Of a stretch of DNA of 64,000 bases, positions 34,169 through 47,306 are shown one piece after another; position 1 is the first letter of the stretch; the number at the start of each line of letters is the position of its first letter. The stretch spans positions 992,001-1,056,000 of the forward strand of contig CP075495.1 in NCBI GenBank assembly GCA_021613535.1, in the 5' to 3' direction. A program made the position numbers and the translations under genes. The notes beneath the pieces are model-generated. The model searched no databases, had not been told where the DNA came from, and worked only from the letters and a program-made list of their open reading frames with translations. This stretch comes from Adineta vaga (taxonomy: Eukaryota > Animalia > Rotifera).

Positions 34169-35449
34169 AATTTATAATTTATATAAACTTCAAACGCAGT
34201 TTAGTTTTAACCGTGTTTAACGATGAAAAATGGAACTACTGTGCATATATGACCTATTCTTATATATTCACACTTTCATTCTCTAACAACACACAAGACA
34301 AGCAAACTAACTATTTATATATGATCATATAACACGACAAAATAGAAATTTCTTTCTGTCACAAGTTTTTTTTTAAAACTTTTATTACAGACTTCATGTC
34401 TGGTTTTATTGTAGACGACAAGTAACATTTTTCAGACAACGACAGTATTTTATTTTTTTCCGACCGCAATTTTTATTTGAACGAAGAAATGATAGACTGG
34501 TTTTTTTTCAAAGTTTACTAATGGTTTTCAATGTTTTCATGGGAAAAATAATGTTAGGAAAGACTTTTTACAAGAAGACATTTTGTTGAAAGGATTCAAA
34601 TAGAAAACGATATGTTATTAATAGAAATAAAGAAAAAAATTGCACCCACAATCTGAACTTATCGATGTCCACCATCGACATTCAATAGAGTTGCTTGTTT
34701 TTTTTGATCTGTAATATTGAAATATGATATGAAATTTGGATATTCTTCAGATCGATATTTACCGTCATTGAGGGTGTGTGAGAGATTTCTAGATAAAACA
34801 TCACATTCGGACCTCAGAGAAGTCATGACCTGTGATGGTAAGGTTAGATTGTGGTGATCCAAATGATTTATGGACCACCGTACATTATTTACAATAAGCA
34901 TAGACATGTTAAATTGAAAAAAATTGATGTGAAGCAATAACACATAACATCGACATCTCACATGAAAAAAAAAGAAATGTCTCACACAAGATTTTTCTTA
35001 CTTTTAAGTAATTACTCAATCGTATGGATGATGGAATGTAATAATGAGAGAAGTCAACTTTTTTGTAAATATTTGAAACAATAAATGACCATCTATATTC
35101 GAAAAATTTTCAGTCAATACTCATATATATAATATCTATTCGAAAGTATTCCGTAGATACTTATGCATATGGCTATACAATTATCCCAGTGGAAATCCAA
35201 ATCTCCATATACGATATCTATTGAAAACCTTTAGTTACTCACATATAACAGAACTGAAAGACCCACAAGTATCTCTGTAAGATAGAAGATAAAGATGTTT
35301 TAATTATCAGTTCGTACTGTGGAACTATTTGGTTAGTTCAGAACTAGAACTGAACTTTGTTGATCCTTATAGTTTCTATGCCACATTCTCTTACTTATAT
35401 CTATTGTCAAAGAGATAAGAATGTCCTTCGAAGTGAAAATATTGCTTTT

Positions 35450-36860
35450 ACAAAATCGCTTCATTGTCGATAATTTTATATCAAGAGAGTTTGGATGACC
35501 AAGGAACGTTAGTCCGATTTATTTCATATTATAGCCATATCATTTTTTTTCGTTCTTTGATGTGAATATGACTTACGGTATTTTCTCTTGTTATTAAAAT
35601 TTTTTATACGTGATTTAATGTTGTATGTAAGAAACCAACGTCACTCATATATACATATCTGTCTAATTCTTGATAGGGCGTGGGTGTGGGTGTGGGTGTA
35701 CCAGGACTAGCTTTAGCAATATTTAATGAATGTTCTAAATATTGAAAAGAGATTTCCAATTTCTTTTGTTTATGATAAACATTTCCGATATTATTATAAA
35801 CTGAATGAAGATATGAATCATGATCGGAGATATATTCTCGAAATTTTCGAAGTGTTTGTAAGAAATAATCAAATGATTTATCAAGCAAATCTTGTTCATA
35901 ATAGATAGTACCGAGATTTATTAGGATAGATGCATGTCTTTGCCAATCATTTTTCTTATAGAAGAATTCTGCTTGTTCCCATTTCCCCATACGCATCATT
36001 AAACGTCCAAGTTACATTAAAGATGATGAACTTTTTCTTTCACCTTTCAAAATCCTTATCAACTGTTAATGTAACAACAATTTCATGAAATTCATCATCC
36101 GTATTCGATATTTTTTAACGATACAATTCGAAAAACACTTCCAATAGAAAATAAATACTCAGTCTCTGCTTCTCCAAAATGACCAAATACACTTATATTA
36201 CCATAGGGTACATTTCCGTCAATAGATGGATCAATAATCAAAGTCATTAGAACAACAGTTGTTGTTTCATCTTTACCAGCAAATATCTGTACAGCTTCTC
36301 GATAAGTGGCTCTTTGCTTAACTATATTTGTTCATGAATATGTCGAAGATAGAGACGAAAAGCATAAAGTAAAGAAATGAGTCATATGTATAAAATTCGA
36401 TAGGTGATCGAGAAGAATATATTGTTGTTGAAATATGGCAATCACACTCGATCGGTATGGATTTAATTGTCGTTGTATTTCACAGTACTTTGAGTTCATC
36501 GGAATCTTTCATATTTAATAATGTTTCTTTGAATAATTTTAAATGCATAAAATGCGCAACTTGTCTTTCGAGAGATGTTGTACTAATTCGAACGAAATCC
36601 AAACCAATAATACTTTATTCAACCATAGAAATATTCTTTCATAATTGTTAACAAAGTGATTGAATAGTATAATAAACTTTACGAAATTCTTTTAACCATA
36701 TTTTATCATTTTGATCGTCATTATTATGTATTGGATAAAATATGAAGATTAAAATAATGTAAGAATTATATGATGAATACGAAATAGAAACGGTTTTTCA
36801 CAAATATTGGAGAAGATAAGAAAGATTATTTGATTTTGAATTGATTGAATCCATTCCAGA
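35450..36860 (-). pseudogene. Degraded ART-like plus tetratricopeptide-repeat gene
   Basis: Minus-strand fragments LMTLIIDPSIDGNVPYGNISVFGHFGEAETEYLFSIGSVFRI (ART-like ExE region) and TPR segments (GKWEQAEFFY, NLGTIY, YNNIGNVY), broken by stops and frameshifts. Boundaries approximate. Confidence 0.7.
35676..35699 (+). repeat. Interstitial (TGTGGG)n telomere-type repeat
   Basis: ggg cgtggg tgtggg tgtggg tgt inside the TPR pseudogene; reads TPTPTPTP on the minus strand. Confidence 0.65.
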
Positions 36861-37326
36861 CATTTATCTGAATTCGAATATGTATGAACTTTATTGACAA
36901 GCTTTTCTAACTCCAATTGATACATAGAAATATCATCAACTAATGAATGAAATCAGATGAGAATAATATTTTCGATACATTTAGATTTATTGATATTCTC
37001 GTCGGCTGACATTTTTTTACGAATAAATATTGTTGTTTTACTCTACTTGTGTTTCAGTTTCATATACTTTGTCATGCCCATGCAACCTGATATCAACACA
37101 AAATTTTACAATAGGTAATGAAAAGAAAGCAAATAAGCTAAACCTTGAAGATAAAAAGATTTTACACTGAAATTTACAACACAATTTATTACTCACCCTG
37201 TATGGGTGCGTATTGGGGAAAATTCCAAGATTTTTTAATTTTCTTTCTGGATTTGTTGGAAGAAAATAAAATGGTAGTATAAAATGTGTTGTAAAAGAAA
37301 TTATTTTGCATTAAAAAAAAATCTAA

Positions 37327-38365
37327 ATGGCAGAACAATTAATAACTGAAGAAGATGAACAACAAGGTCGTGAACAAGAACAAGATCTTGATTTAATTAA
37401 TTATTTAAAAGAACAACTTGTTCGATTACATACGCGAGTATCATCCTATGGCACAAATATTGTTACTGCAAGAGGAATACAAAAACTATCATCTGAATTT
37501 GAAATACTTGTATTTGGTCCTGCACGTGTTGGAAAATCGACATTAATCAAAGAAGTATCGGGTGATGAAAGAATTGCTACAAGCGCTGAGATGAATGCTT
37601 GTACAGAAAAATCAGAAAAATATATTGATAAATATAATATACATTGGTGGGATACTCCAGGTATAGATTTTGTTATGTTTTCTTAATTATATTGAATTGA
37701 TTATAGGTTTTGAAAATTGGTCTGTATCAACAGCAAAGAATTTTTTTCAAAAATCTTTTCATGAACGTGGAATTCTACCAAAAGTAGCAATATTTTGTCG
37801 TACAGCCAATGTATTAGGATCATCCGATGTTATTAAATATATGTTTGAAGAAATACGAAAACATGGTATTCTTCTTCTCTATGTTATTACTAAATGGCCA
37901 TTTATACCTAAATCTGAACAAAATGCTATTGTTCAGGAAGCAGTTAGTCTATTAGGTGGTCACTCAAAAGGAATATATCGAAAACACTCTCGAGGTTTTC
38001 GAGCATTGGAATGTGAACCAAAGAAATCATATATTATGCCAGTAAATTCTAAAGTTGATGAAGTTTTAGGTATGCGTGTACCAAGAAGTAATTTAAATAC
38101 ATTACGAAAGATTTTAATTACAAAATTAGATGAAGAATCACAAGGTAAACTTATTGAATTATATAAAAATAATACAAGTTTTTGGACTAAACTTGGTTAT
38201 GGTGCGATAGAAATTATTGATGATTTTGGTGTTAATTCTGTTGAATCAATGTTAACAGAAGAAGAAAATCTAATTTATAAACAAGTTAAAAATGGAGAAA
38301 ATCCTGTTAAAGCTGTAGCACCAATATTAAAATTGGTTATTGATAAAGTTTCACTTCAACGATAA
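37327..38365 (+). CDS. P-loop GTPase (TRAFAC class; AIG1/Era/MMR1-like), two exons
   Basis: G1 GPARVGKS, G2 Thr (ACT), G3 DTPG across intron 37661-37706, G4-like VITKWP. Confidence 0.82.
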
Positions 38366-38832
38366 TTTTTTTTAACGAAAATATTCTAGAAAGTTTCTAC
38401 TATTTATTGAATTATTGATAAATTAGATATTCGTAACTATCAGAGAGATTTTACTTTGAACAAAATTATTTCAAGGAATGATTGATGGTCCATCGAGTGA
38501 ATTTCAGAATGGCTATTTTTATATTTGTCTTTACTCAATAAGATGGAAACGTTGAGCTTTTTATGAAAAAGGAATTTCATTTTAATATCTTGAAACTTCT
38601 CGACAGTATATTATGAAAAATATAATATCTGAAAAAAATCAGCACCTCTCTTCTCGGAAAGCACATGCAAGCAATTATCATTTACTGTCACTGAAGTGAC
38701 ACCATCAATTTGATGTGCTATTAGAAAAGAATGATTTTCTCTCTTTCTTTTTATTTCAAGTAGTCTTCTTGAAAAAAATATAAATAAAAGCACTCTTTGG
38801 TTTTCTTCCATATAACTCGGAAAACATTAACA

Positions 38833-40447
38833 ATGATTTTTCAATCAGCTCAATCTTTTCAACTAAGTCGGTGTTGTTGGCAAATCATTTACCTTATTAT
38901 CTATTGCTCATCTTACTCCCATCAACAATATCAATCGTTGGTTATACTCTCTAATCCCGGCTCTCAATTTCAACCTATCAATCCACAAGCTCAACTTCTA
39001 TCCACTACACTTCTCCTCACATTTCAATCATGTGTACTTGCATGTAACAATCACATTCTCTGTCGAGTATTTGATTTTGCTGTCAATCAATCTAATCAAT
39101 GTCAACTTTTCGAAGGGAATATCAATACACTTGGCTCAATTGTTTCTTCATCATCATCATCACCAACATCAAATGTTGGTTATGTTAAGATTACATCTGA
39201 TCTTTTCACTGATTATGGTCGATCATGTTTATTAAATAAGATTGTTAGTCGTTATTTGACATGTGGAAGTTCATTGACATTGGAATGTCAACCACATAGT
39301 TATTGGGATAATTCATCATCGATGTGTTTACCACAAATTCCGACATTAGGTGGCGCATGCACATGGGGTGTGAATATGTGTCGTGAAGATCTTAATTTGA
39401 CATGTTTACAAATCTACAAATGTGGACGTAAGTTCAAAGAGAGAGATTTTCGAGTAAAATAATGATTTTGTGTTTGTAGCAATATCATATATGGCTGGTA
39501 AGACACTACTCAATAATAGTGCTGTAACAAGTGATACAGGAGCACCTGTACTTACTGGCGTAGTTACCATGGCTGCGTACGAAATCAATGGTTTATCAGC
39601 CATTTTTCTTGTCGATGTTTATCTAAAACAGGTTGTGCGCTTCTTTGACTATGGTTCATCTGTTAATAATATAACCATCGTAGCGAAAACATGGTCTGGC
39701 AGTGATCAATTGTATGAGCCATACTTTGTATACATTGATACTCAAAATGGGTACAATATGTATGTATCTGACACTACGTGCGCCTGTATTCTTTTATTCA
39801 GTAGAATGCAGAGTGTGAGTCCATTACCACAAGTTGTTGCTGGAGTATCTGGATCTCCTGGTTCTGGCCCACATCAGATAAACTTGCCAAAAGGTTTTGC
39901 ATTTGATAATCAAAGTCGAATGTATATTGCTGAAATGAATAATCATCGGATAATGCGTTGGTCGGCAAACGCAACATACGGAGAATTGATCGCAGGCAAT
40001 GGCACAGCTGGTAGTGGTTCTTTACAACTTCGTTGGCCTCGTGGTATCTATATTGATAAGATTAATGGTCTGCTGTATGTTATTGATTTGGGTAATAATA
40101 GAGTACAACGTTATTCTCTTAGTGGTTCATTTCCTGCTGTTGGTACGACGATTGCTGGAGGAAATGGTGCAGGATCAGCTAGTAACCAACTAAATTCTCC
40201 AGAAAGCTTATGGATATCACCTAGAACAGGATCTGTTTTTATTGCTGACAAAAGTAGCCATCGAATTCAACGATGGGATCCAGGTGCAACACGTGGAATC
40301 ACTGTTGCTGGATCACCTACAGGAACATCTGGTTCTGATGCATATCATCTCTATAGTCCACAAGGTGTTGCAATCGATGCAAATGAAACGTATATGTATG
40401 TATGTGATAGTGGTAACAGTCGTATTCAACGCTTTACCCTCTTATAA
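38833..40447 (+). CDS. Secreted PAN/Apple-like, Cys-rich, NHL-repeat protein, copy 1 (two exons)
   Basis: Signal peptide, C...C.....CRVFDF......CQLFEG, Cys-rich module, intron 39428-39479, NHL repeats (IAGGNGAGSASNQLNSP). Confidence 0.85.
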
Positions 40448-40975
40448 CATATTTATAACCATTTAATCACAATTTATTGATTAATTTCTTTGAAAATGCT
40501 TTACTTTTATTTTTATTACATTCGTACATCATTTTTTTATTTCAATAAACGTCTTTGTTGTGTTATAAATTACTATAGATAAAACAAGAAACTCTGAGTT
40601 ATAAATATCCACATTATTTATTAGGTGTGATTGAAAGGAAAATGAAAATGAAAGAGATGACATATGTAAATAAGTGATTGTAATAATTAATCGTGATTAA
40701 ATATTTACCATTACTTCTTAACTTGTTTCATTCAATCTGACTAGGAATGTAATGATGACTATAACTGACTCACTGATAAGCAGTAGAAAGATCAGGATAA
40801 ACTTTTATTATGTAATTCCTATAGTGATTATAAATAAAACTTTAGTAATCTATACGAAAATAATTTATCTAATGATCTTTCGAAGCTGAAAAGTTCTGAA
40901 AAACCATAGTATTAAACTCACAGTTTTCCCAATATATTTTGTCAAATCTAGTTGTCTCACGAAAATCTACATGTA

Positions 40976-41897
40976 CAGTCCTGTTCAAAAAAACTTGCAC
41001 ATCTTGTTATAGAAATAAATTCTTATTTTTAAGTCACTTTCAGGAACTTTTATATATGGTTGATAGCCTATGAGAATCACTATATAACAGCACATTTTAA
41101 TGCATTCACGTTTAGAAGAAATAAGAGACAAACATATGTTTCTCATGGACGTCACAAAATTCTTTACAGTATTAATATTAGTATTTTTGATTTCTTTGTC
41201 CAAAAACAGTTCAGGTTCATCATTATTTTTTTATTTTCTTTTAAAACTTTGTGTTTTATGATTGCATCTATGAATATTGTACCTATAAAAATTTCATTTT
41301 TTATCTTGTTTAGCACACTGAACACGTAGTTTTATACCAATAGATGCTAACATATGAGCATTTTTTGATAAAACTTTTCTGTAATCATAGTGATGAAGAT
41401 GAAGACGTATCGTTAGTGCAAATATCGACAAATGATATATTGTCGATAACTTTTCTGTTATTTCATTAATGGTTATTACATTATTTCGACGAATATATTG
41501 ATCGATAGCTATTTTTTTCATCATTGTCACTTACTGCATCTGGTCGACCATTTCCGCCTCGATGTTTAAGTGAATATGTTTGTTTCAATTTATTTATATT
41601 GTAATAGGTAGTCCTTGATGATATCTTTATTTCATAATGAATAGCACGAGCGCATCCCATACCTCTGTTACAATAATGTAATGTCAATATATGATAGTAT
41701 TTTAAATCAGTAGATTATGTCATGAGTAAATGTTTATATATCAAAAAGAAGAGAAATCATACTTTTATATAGCCAACGTGTAGTACAGCTAACGAACATA
41801 TATTCCTGGAAAAGTCAAATTTCTAATTAATTTCTAACTGTAAGAAAACGGTTACACAAAAAGTTAAATTTTGTGCAAGTTTTTTTGAACAGGACTG
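40976..41897 (-). mobile_element. Internally deleted, non-autonomous Tc1/mariner DNA transposon (922 bp)
   Basis: TIRs cagtcctgttcaaaaaaacttgcaca / tgtgcaagtttttttgaacaggactg, flanked by TA at 40974-40975 and 41898-41899. Frameshifted transposase HTH remnant (KHRGGNGRP...TIRLHL) and C-terminal remnant (NFVTSMRN...); no DDE core visible. Confidence 0.92.
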
Positions 41898-42450
41898 TAA
41901 TATTCCATAGTAATGAACAGATACAAAACAAAACTTCGAATGTTATTAACATAATCGTTAATCAATAAATAATTCATTTTTCATAAAACATTAATTAAAA
42001 TTTCAAAATATAAAAGCACTATCACATATTTGATTGTTCACTTCAGCTTAGTGTTGATATAGGTGTGAGAAAATCATTACGAGAATAAAAAAATGCTGAA
42101 CAAAATGAGCATAAAATACATATTCTTGTTAGTGTCAATGTGATAAATGAATTAGAATTTCAGAGCCCTCTTTTATTTTCGAAATTCCTCGACAATGTAT
42201 TCAGAAAAATACAATGAATGAAAATAATCAGCAACTTTCTTGTCAAAGTGAATATGCGAGTAATTATCACTTACTGACGCTGAAGTGACAATATTCATTG
42301 TACATGTATATATACTATTAAAAAAGCATGATTTTCTCTCTTTCTTTCAAAAGCACACTTATTGGAAAAAGAATTTAAATAGAAACACTCTAGTGTTTTG
42401 TTCTAGAAACATTCATATCAGCATATAATCAGACCTGTATTCCCCTAACA

Positions 42451-44047
42451 ATGATTTCTCAACAAGCTCGTCGCTGTTGGCAACTTATTATTCTTATTAT
42501 CTATTGCTCATCTTCATCCCATCAACAATATCGTTCGTTGGTTGTTCTCTCCAATTCTGGCTCTCAATTTCAACCTCTCAATCCACAAGCTCAACTTCTA
42601 TCCACAACTCTTCTCCCCACATTTCAATCATGTGCACTTGCATGTAATAATCATATTCTCTGTCGAGTATTTGATTTCGCTGTTAATCAATCTAATCAAT
42701 GTCGACTTTTTGAAGGAAATATCAATACACTTGGCTCAATTGTTTCTTCATCATTATCCTCACCAACATCAAATGTCGGTTATGTTAAGATTACATCTGA
42801 TCTTTTCACTGATTATGGCCGATCATGTTTATTAAATAAGATTGTTAGTCGTTATTTGACATGTGGAAGTTCATTGACATTGGAATGTCAACCACATAGT
42901 TATTGGGATAATTCATCATCAATGTGTTTACCACAAATTCCGACATTAGGTGGTGCATGTACATGGGGTGTGAATATGTGTCGTGAAGATCTCAATTTAA
43001 CATGTTTACAAATCTACAAATGTGGACGTAAGTTCAAAAAGAGAGATTTTCGAGTAAAATAATGATTTTGTATTTGTAGCAATATCATATATGGTTGGTA
43101 AGACACTACTCAATAACAGTACTTTAACAAGTGATACAGGAGCACCTGCACTTACTGGCGTAATTAATATCGTTACGTACCAAATCAATGGTTTATCAAC
43201 CATATTGTTTGGCGATGTTTATCTAAAACAGGTTGTGCGTTTCTTTGACTATGGTTCATCCGTTAATAATATAACCATCGTAGCGAAAACATGGTCTGGC
43301 AGTGATCAATTGTATGAGCCATACTTTGTATACATTGATACTCAAAATGGGTACAATATGTATGTATCTGATACTATATATGCTCGCATTCTGCTCTTCA
43401 GTGGAATGCAGAGCGTGAGTCCATTACCACAAGTAGTTGCTGGAGTATCTGGATCTCCTGGTTCTGGTCCATATCAGATAAACATGCCAAAAGGTTTTGC
43501 ATTTGACAATCAAAGTCGAATGTATATTGCTGAAATGAATAATCATCGAATAATGCGTTGGTCGGCAAATGCAACATATGGAGAATTGATTGCAGGCAAT
43601 GGCACAGCTGGTAATGGTTCTTTACAACTTCGTTGGCCTCGTGGTATCTATATTGATAAGATTAATGATCTGCTCTATGTTGTTGATATGGGCAATAGTA
43701 GGGTACAACGTTATTCTCTTAGTGGTTCATTTCCTGCTGTCGGTACGACGATTGCTGGAGGAAATGGTGCAGGATCAGCTAGTAACCAACTAAATTCTCC
43801 AGAAAGCTTATGGATATCACCTAAGACAGGAGCTATTTATATTGCTGACAAAAGTAACCATAGAATTCAACGATGGGATTCAAATGCAACGCGTGGAATC
43901 ACTGCTGCTGGATCACCTACAGGAACATCTGGTTCTGATGCATATCATCTCTATAGTCCACAAGGTGTTGCAATAGATGCAAATGAAACGTATATGTATG
44001 TATGTGATAGTACTAACAGTCGTATTCAACGCTTTACCCTCTTATAA
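42451..44047 (+). CDS. Secreted PAN/Apple-like, Cys-rich, NHL-repeat protein, copy 2 (two exons)
   Basis: Tandem paralogue of 38833-40447 at an offset of about 3600 nt; intron 43028-43079. Confidence 0.85.
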
Positions 44048-44728
44048 CATATTTATAATCATTTAATCTCAATTTCTTGACTAATTTCTTTGAAAATGCT
44101 TTACTTATATCTTTGCTTTATTCGTACATCATTATTTATTTTAATAAACGTCTTTATTGCGTTATAAAATTCCATAAATAAAAGCCTTCTTGAGGGTGGG
44201 TGTGAGTGTGGATCTCCCTAATATACTCATTAGTAGGAAGTAGAAACGAAAAATGTCAATCTTTATGAAGTACTACTCTTTGTACTTTTGATACTTAGAA
44301 CGAAAATTAAGAAAGAGATAACTTTATATTCATCTTAAACCATGATTCTAAATCGCATCCACCATTCTTGATTCGATTAGGTTTAGACAATCGTTAAGTC
44401 GTCGATGTTTAAAGAATTAAAATTCCCATATGATATTGCGCTCCATCTAATTGATGATTTAGGTCATTTTGTTTCGCAGTACCGATTACATCTGAAGAAA
44501 AAGAACAATGATATTATTCGGAAATAACCAAATATCTTTTTTGTTCCTTGTTCTTGTATGCTTTGAATTAGTTAGATTGAAAAAGAATTGTGTAATTTGA
44601 TTTTATGCTTTCAAATGTGACAAAAAAATAAAAATGAGTTACGAGAATATTCCACCAATATTTTACATTTAAAAGTCGTCTTAGAATCAACTAAATGATC
44701 GGTAAGTGTGGTGGTTTGTAGATAAAAT

Positions 44729-45085
44729 ATGTCGATACTCGTTGATTCCCAAATAGGAAGTCAGTATACAATTCAAAAGAAATTAGGAACTGGTGCTTTT
44801 GGAACAGTATATAGAGCATATCATCCAGCCAGTCAGAGAACATTTGCTATCAAAAAAATTCACTATTCTTCTATAAATTCCGCTCAAGAAGTTGTTAAAG
44901 AAGCAATGATGCATACTTCTGTCAGTCATCCCTAATTATATGGGATCGATAACAGCATGTTTGGTTGAAGAATTATGTGATGGTTCTCTTGCTGATTATA
45001 TAAAAGCTGGAAGATAAAACACTTATGCTTCTTCTAAAGTGTGGACTACACAAATTATTTCAGGTCTGTATGCAATTCACAATCG
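44729..45085 (+). pseudogene. Truncated Ser/Thr protein kinase
   Basis: LGTGAFGTVY, FAIKKI, alphaC Glu (VKE) and HP, then a stop at 44933-44935. A downstream fragment LVEELCDGSLADYI...QIISGLYAIH follows. No HRD or DFG seen. Confidence 0.8.
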
Positions 45086-45278
45086 TGTTTTTTTCTTTAT
45101 TGAACATAATTTATATAGGAGTGATCATTAAAAATGAATGATATTGATCAAGATAAATTATTTCATATGTATTAATTAATTTAATATATTTATTTTCAAT
45201 TATTCAAGATCGAATTATCGTGAAGTTTATTCTCTGTTGAAAAATAAAACTCTTTAAGTTTTTCTCTTTATAATTTCA

Positions 45279-46886
45279 TCACATATCTGAATGAAGTTTT
45301 GGTATTGCAACGACAGTTGATCGCTAAATAAAAAATAAAATTCTTCTTCATATGATATTTTCTATCATAGAAATTCTACCGGAACGTGATCAATATCTTG
45401 AAAATTCGTTGTAATTGTCGAGATTTCTCCTTTTTTCATTGGTGAGTAATGACCATTTCTAGAAAGAAGAAAAAAAAAGTTTTTAATCAAATTCCATTAT
45501 ATCGATTTTGAGAAGCATTAGTCATGCATAAATGAATTATTTAACAAACCATCACCTACCAGATAAAATCTTCAATTAATCTTTAAAAATTATCAAGAAT
45601 AGAAAACAATCGAATGAATTCGATTTTCTTACTGATTTAATGAATGAGATTCATTCAATTTGATCATTATCAGATCTTCTTCATTAACTTGACATGATAC
45701 ATCTTTACGTGGAACATTTCGTTTTTTAATCACTAATCGAACAATTGTTGCTTTTTGTAATAATGAACTATTTCCTCGAAGACGAAGTTCATTTGCTAAT
45801 GAAATATAACCAGAATTTTCTGCTAAATCAGCCGCAGTTAATTGTTGATTATTAACTGTTGTTAATGAACAACAACCTCGTTCAATTAAAATAGCACATA
45901 TACTTTGATGACCATTTCCAGCAGCCTAAATAAATAAATAAAACAAATAAATCTTTATATTTTTGAATTACTTTATGTAATAGAGTATTTCCATGATGAT
46001 CATAATTAATTATTGCTTGTTTATCTAAAAGATAATTAATTAAATGTTCATTTCCACTTATTACTGCATAATGAATCGGTGTAGAATTATTATAATCAAA
46101 TTCATTGATATTTGAATTTTGTTTTTCAATTAACCATTGTACAATATCAATATATCCATTTATACAAGCTAAATAAAATAAATAGAAATATATTTCTCTT
46201 TTCTCAAAGAAAATGTATTTACCAATATGTAAACAATTACAACCATGTTCATCTTTTAATTGACAATTTGCTCCATAAGAACTTAATAATTGTACAGTTT
46301 CGAAGAAACCATGTTGACATGCTAAATGAATTGGTGTAAATAATTGATTTGTTTGTTGATTAATTGTATCAGGAGATTTTAAAAGTAAAAATTTAACACA
46401 TTCATTATATCCATGTTCTGATGCATAATGAATAGCAAGAAAACCATGATAAGATTGATTATGAGGATCAGCATATTGTTCATTAAGTAAATATTTAAGA
46501 ACATTTAATGAATTATAACTAGCAGCTAAATGTAATGGAGTATTACCAAGTTCATCTCGAACATTCCATTGAAGTTGTTTCGATTGATAAAATATATATT
46601 TAAGAATATCTTTTTGATCACAAACAGCAGCATCATGTGCACACGTTGCACCATGTTCTGTTCGTAATTGTGTTAAATCGATATGTTTGATTTCGAGAAA
46701 ATATTTTAATAGATTTATATGACCATATCGACATGTATAATGAACAAGTGTTGCTTGATTTTCATCACGAATTGAACAAATTTCTGATGAAGAAAGAGGA
46801 TTTAAATAATTTATTATCGTTTCAAGATTTCCTTGTTCACAAATATCAAAAAGAAACTGATTCGAATGACGAATAGATGAAGCCAT
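45279..46886 (-). CDS. Multi-exon ankyrin-repeat protein (espin/forked-like repeat motif)
   Basis: About nine ankyrin repeats (GATCAHDAA, GNTPLHLAA, TPIHLAC) with several short GT-AG introns; predicted stop at 45279-45281. Start codon uncertain. Confidence 0.75.
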
Positions 46887-47306
46887 TGATAATAAAAAAT
46901 TGTTCTTTTTTTTTCTTTTCAGAAAAACAATTTTCTCAAATTTATTCTGATGACTCACTTATCTGTCATTTCCAATACTTTATCCATTATATGAATTAGT
47001 CGATAGAGGACACTACGCGCAAGTATTTTCTCATCTTGAGGGTGGCTGTGGGTATCCTACTAACCTTTGCTTACATCTATATCCTTACCTATGGTTTTGG
47101 ATTAGAGTTTCTTAGAAATATAGAAATTTACTTAAGGTCGAACTTTTCTAAAATAAAGGATTTTTTAAAACCTAATACTTCTATCTAAAAATATAATTTT
47201 GATGATCTTACTGTTTGAGATTGTGCAATAGAGATCTACTTGTTAAATTCATAATTTATTTAATCATAAACAAAATGAATAAGTAATCAAATGAATTACT
47301 AAGATC

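Noticed and set aside
34659-34985. 108 aa minus-strand ORF between TIR-ART and the TPR pseudogene
   Set aside because: GTG start and no recognisable domain.
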